Part shown: positions 17,216 to 19,509 of the stretch, in pieces
How the letters are laid out: the number at the start of each line of letters is the position of its first letter
Numbering within the stretch: position 1 is the stretch's first letter
Assembly (NCBI GenBank): GCA_048941265.1
Contig: JBHLNT010000071.1
Span: 1 to 19,509 of the forward strand
From: Promethearchaeota archaeon
Lineage (GTDB): Archaea; Asgardarchaeota; Lokiarchaeia; Sigyniarchaeales; SOKP01
Length of the DNA: 19,509 nt
Direction of reading: 5' to 3'
Notes under the pieces: model-generated
The model's input: the letters and a program-made list of their open reading frames with translations, nothing else
The model's database searches: none
What the model was told of the DNA's origin: nothing
Program-made: the position numbers and the translations under genes

Positions 17216-17623
17216 CAAATATTAGAAATATAATCCTTTTTCTAAAAAAATTAGGGAAGATTTCTTATTAAAGTAAATTTAAAGATAAGAAAACTTAAAA
17301 CTCCACTATATTATTAAAATTGAATAGATTTTCTAAATGTTCTGGCATATATCTCACTAATTTCAAAGAATTTAATACAATCTTCAAGTTTAATTAAAAA
17401 AGATTAACTTTTATATTTTCGATTTTTTCTTAATGAATGAAACTATAGAACGAACCAATTAGGTAATAATTCAATCCTAATTCGAGTTAAGATTTTTCTT
17501 TAGATTTAATACATGAATCTTAAGTCTGGAAATATAATCATCTTTCTCATCTAAATTAAATTTGGATACAAAATAAAATTAGATTTAAAATATCAATAAT
17601 AAAAAAAAACAAGAATATATTTT

Positions 17624-17661
17624 AAAAAGAAAAAGGAATTTGAATTATTAATTAATTCAAA
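17624..17661 (-). terminator. Hairpin plus U-tract downstream of the third SCP2 gene
   Basis: TTTGAATTA-ttaat-TAATTCAAA perfect 9-bp inverted repeat (17639-17661), followed on the minus strand by TTCCTTTTTCTTTTT. Confidence 0.5.
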
Positions 17662-17676
17662 ATTGTAAAGGCTTAT

Positions 17677-18105
17677 TTATTCAGCCAAGTCCTCAAAAGC
17701 TTCCATGGCTAATTCAATAATTTCTTGAAAAGCCATAGCATCTTGAAGATTACCTTCTACAGTAATGTCCCCTGCCATATATGCGCTAGTGGCATCGACC
17801 TCTCCATATAACATACCGGCACCTACGGCTAGAGTGCATGAGAACGTAAAACTTGGATTATCAATTTCACCCTTTCCATACTCAAGAGAGCCTTCTTTTG
17901 CTTTCATCCAGAATTTTGCGTCCTTGTCAGTGATGACTTGTTGGACAACAATGTCCATATCTTCTAACTCTTCCTTAAGATCTTCGTTTTCTATAGCTAT
18001 TTGCTTGTATAATTCATACATGGTAGTTAAATCATCTGGAGTGGCGGAATCCGCTCCAGCGTCAATTAAACCTTTTACTTTACTTAAAAGATCTGCATCA
18101 ACCAT
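17677..18105 (-). CDS. SCP2 sterol/lipid-binding domain protein
   Basis: NPSFTF...LYGEVDATSAYMAGDITVEGNLQDAMAF SCP2 signature; acidic N-terminal helical extension. Confidence 0.88.
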   Translation of the reverse strand: MVDADLLSKVKGLIDAGADSATPDDLTTMYELYKQIAIENEDLKEELEDMDIVVQQVITDKDAKFWMKAKEGSLEYGKGEIDNPSFTFSCTLAVGAGMLYGEVDATSAYMAGDITVEGNLQDAMAFQEIIELAMEAFEDLAE

Positions 18106-18380
18106 TATTCTTCAACCTTATTTTTGAATTTAATAATTTAAAAAATGTATTTAAACGGTATGTAATATAATGTAAAGACAATATAAAAAGGTTTATCTCA
18201 GTAAGAGGAAAGTTTAAAAAGTAAATTTTTGTACACTCAGAGTCCACTAAAAATTGAAGTGATAAAAAAGTCGATTGCTCGTAAAACTTAAATACAGCTT
18301 AAAAAATGGCAAATTTTTTCTAAAATGAATTATTTTGATTGATATTTCTATACTTAAGAATGACCTTGTAAAAATTCAAC

Positions 18381-19509
18381 ATGGAACAACTCGATATAGA
18401 CGAAAACTGGAGATTCTGGCCTGTGATCTGCATAGCATTGCTTTATCCGATAAATAATTCATTAATTGGTTTAGCAATTCCATTATATTTTTTTAGGCAG
18501 GGACTTGATGTCAGATTTATCGGAATAATTGCTGCAGGTACGGCCATGACATATTGTTTCTCTCCTCTTCTATTTAAAAATGTAGCGGATAAAATTGGCA
18601 GGAAATCTTGTGTGGTAATAGCGCTTTTAGGAACGTCCTTAGCCCAGTTAACCTTCTATTTTACATTAGATCCTATGATGTTTTTTATCTCAAGATTATC
18701 GGAAGGTCTGATAACCGGTTTATTTTGGCCTAATTTACAAGCAAGCATATCTGATAATGCATTTCAAGATCATAATAGAAAATTATCGAGATTTAATTTT
18801 GGATGGAATTCGGGAGTGTTAATAGGATTCCTTACGGGAGCTTTAATTTTATTTGTAATTGATGACCTGAAAATTATTTTTCTCACTGCTCCCTTATTGG
18901 TTTTTTCGGCAACTTTAATTTCAATACTACTTTTCCAAGAGTCAAAAAAATATAACACTAATATAGTGGACCAAGAAAGAATCAAGGGAAATTTACATTC
19001 AAATATTAATAACTCAAAATATAGGATTCCTAAAATCCTTCCAGTTCTATTAGTTGCTTCATATGCCTTTGCGAAAGGTAGTATTAATATTTTATACCCT
19101 ATTAAATCTGAAATTATAGGATTCGAAGTATACACCGTCTATTTGCTCGCTGCATTTGCCTTAATTACGCAGCTGATATCAACAACCTTTGCCAGCTATT
19201 TATCAATTAACTCTTTAAAAAAAGCTGCGGTGTCTTGTCTCTTTTCTTTAATAATCATTTTTATTTTTTATGGGATCACTACCAACTTTCTGATATTTGC
19301 GGTTCTCTATTTGCTAATGGGTTTCTTTGCCGGAATATTAATTTCTTTCGGAATAAAACTATCTTTGATGCAGAATGTTAAATATCAAACTTCAAAATAT
19401 TCAAATATCTTAGAAAGTTCGATAGGTCTCACTTTCCTAATTACTCCTATACTTGCTGCTTATTTAGCGAGTAATGACTTAACTCTTGCGTTTTACATAA
19501 TTTCATTGG
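18381..19509 (+). CDS. MFS transporter (3' end runs off the window)
   Basis: Not in the ORF track; translated by hand from ATG 18381: MEQLDIDENWRFWPVICIALLYP...VADKIGRK (motif A)...SRLSEG...FWPNLQASISD...FNFGWNSG. The same frame was confirmed at the start, middle and end of the stretch, with many transmembrane helices. Confidence 0.9.
   Translation, partial: MEQLDIDENWRFWPVICIALLYPINNSLIGLAIPLYFFRQGLDVRFIGIIAAGTAMTYCFSPLLFKNVADKIGRKSCVVIALLGTSLAQLTFYFTLDPMMFFISRLSEGLITGLFWPNLQASISDNAFQDHNRKLSRFNFGWNSGVLIGFLTGALILFVIDDLKIIFLTAPLLVFSATLISILLFQESKKYNTNIVDQERIKGNLHSNINNSKYRIPKILPVLLVASYAFAKGSINILYPIKSEIIGFEVYTVYLLAAFALITQLISTTFASYLSINSLKKAAVSCLFSLIIIFIFYGITTNFLIFAVLYLLMGFFAGILISFGIKLSLMQNVKYQTSKYSNILESSIGLTFLITPILAAYLASNDLTLAFYIISL

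Noticed and set aside
17765-18127. Plus-strand 120 aa ORF
   Set aside because: Antisense shadow of the SCP2 gene.
18770-19135. Minus-strand 121 aa ORF
   Set aside because: Antisense to the MFS transporter, which the track missed because it has no stop in the window.
1-19509. CRISPR array, tRNA/rRNA or IS element
   Set aside because: I saw no regularly spaced repeats, GC-rich structured RNA segment, transposase ORF or terminal inverted repeats.

Overview
AT-rich (roughly 30% GC by eye), gene-dense archaeal window. It most likely comes from an Asgard archaeon (Lokiarchaeia-like); this is inferred from GGTGA/AGTGA ribosome-binding sites, poly-T terminators, a longin-domain protein, three stand-alone SCP2 lipid-binding proteins and a TIGR04013-like radical SAM gene. 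There are about 21 CDS: Fe-containing alcohol dehydrogenase (partial), 4-oxalocrotonate tautomerase, TatD, split UxaA/SuyAB-type dehydratase, an SCP2 tandem pair, HAD hydrolase, N-formylglutamate amidohydrolase, a putative membrane hydrolase, B12 radical SAM, short MutY, an internally deleted DUF523/DUF1722 pseudogene, an acetyl-CoA hydrolase/transferase-GNAT fusion, a longin protein, long HtpX, a U32 hydroxylase, a third SCP2, an MFS transporter (partial) and two hypotheticals. I saw no RNA genes, CRISPR arrays or transposases. Most notable: (1) mutY and htpX appear to start at ATA codons placed at normal spacing after SD motifs; (2) an SCP2 family expansion including an intact plus degenerate tandem pair; (3) a longin protein with a helical-repeat tail; (4) a clean in-frame deletion collapsing a DUF523/DUF1722 gene.
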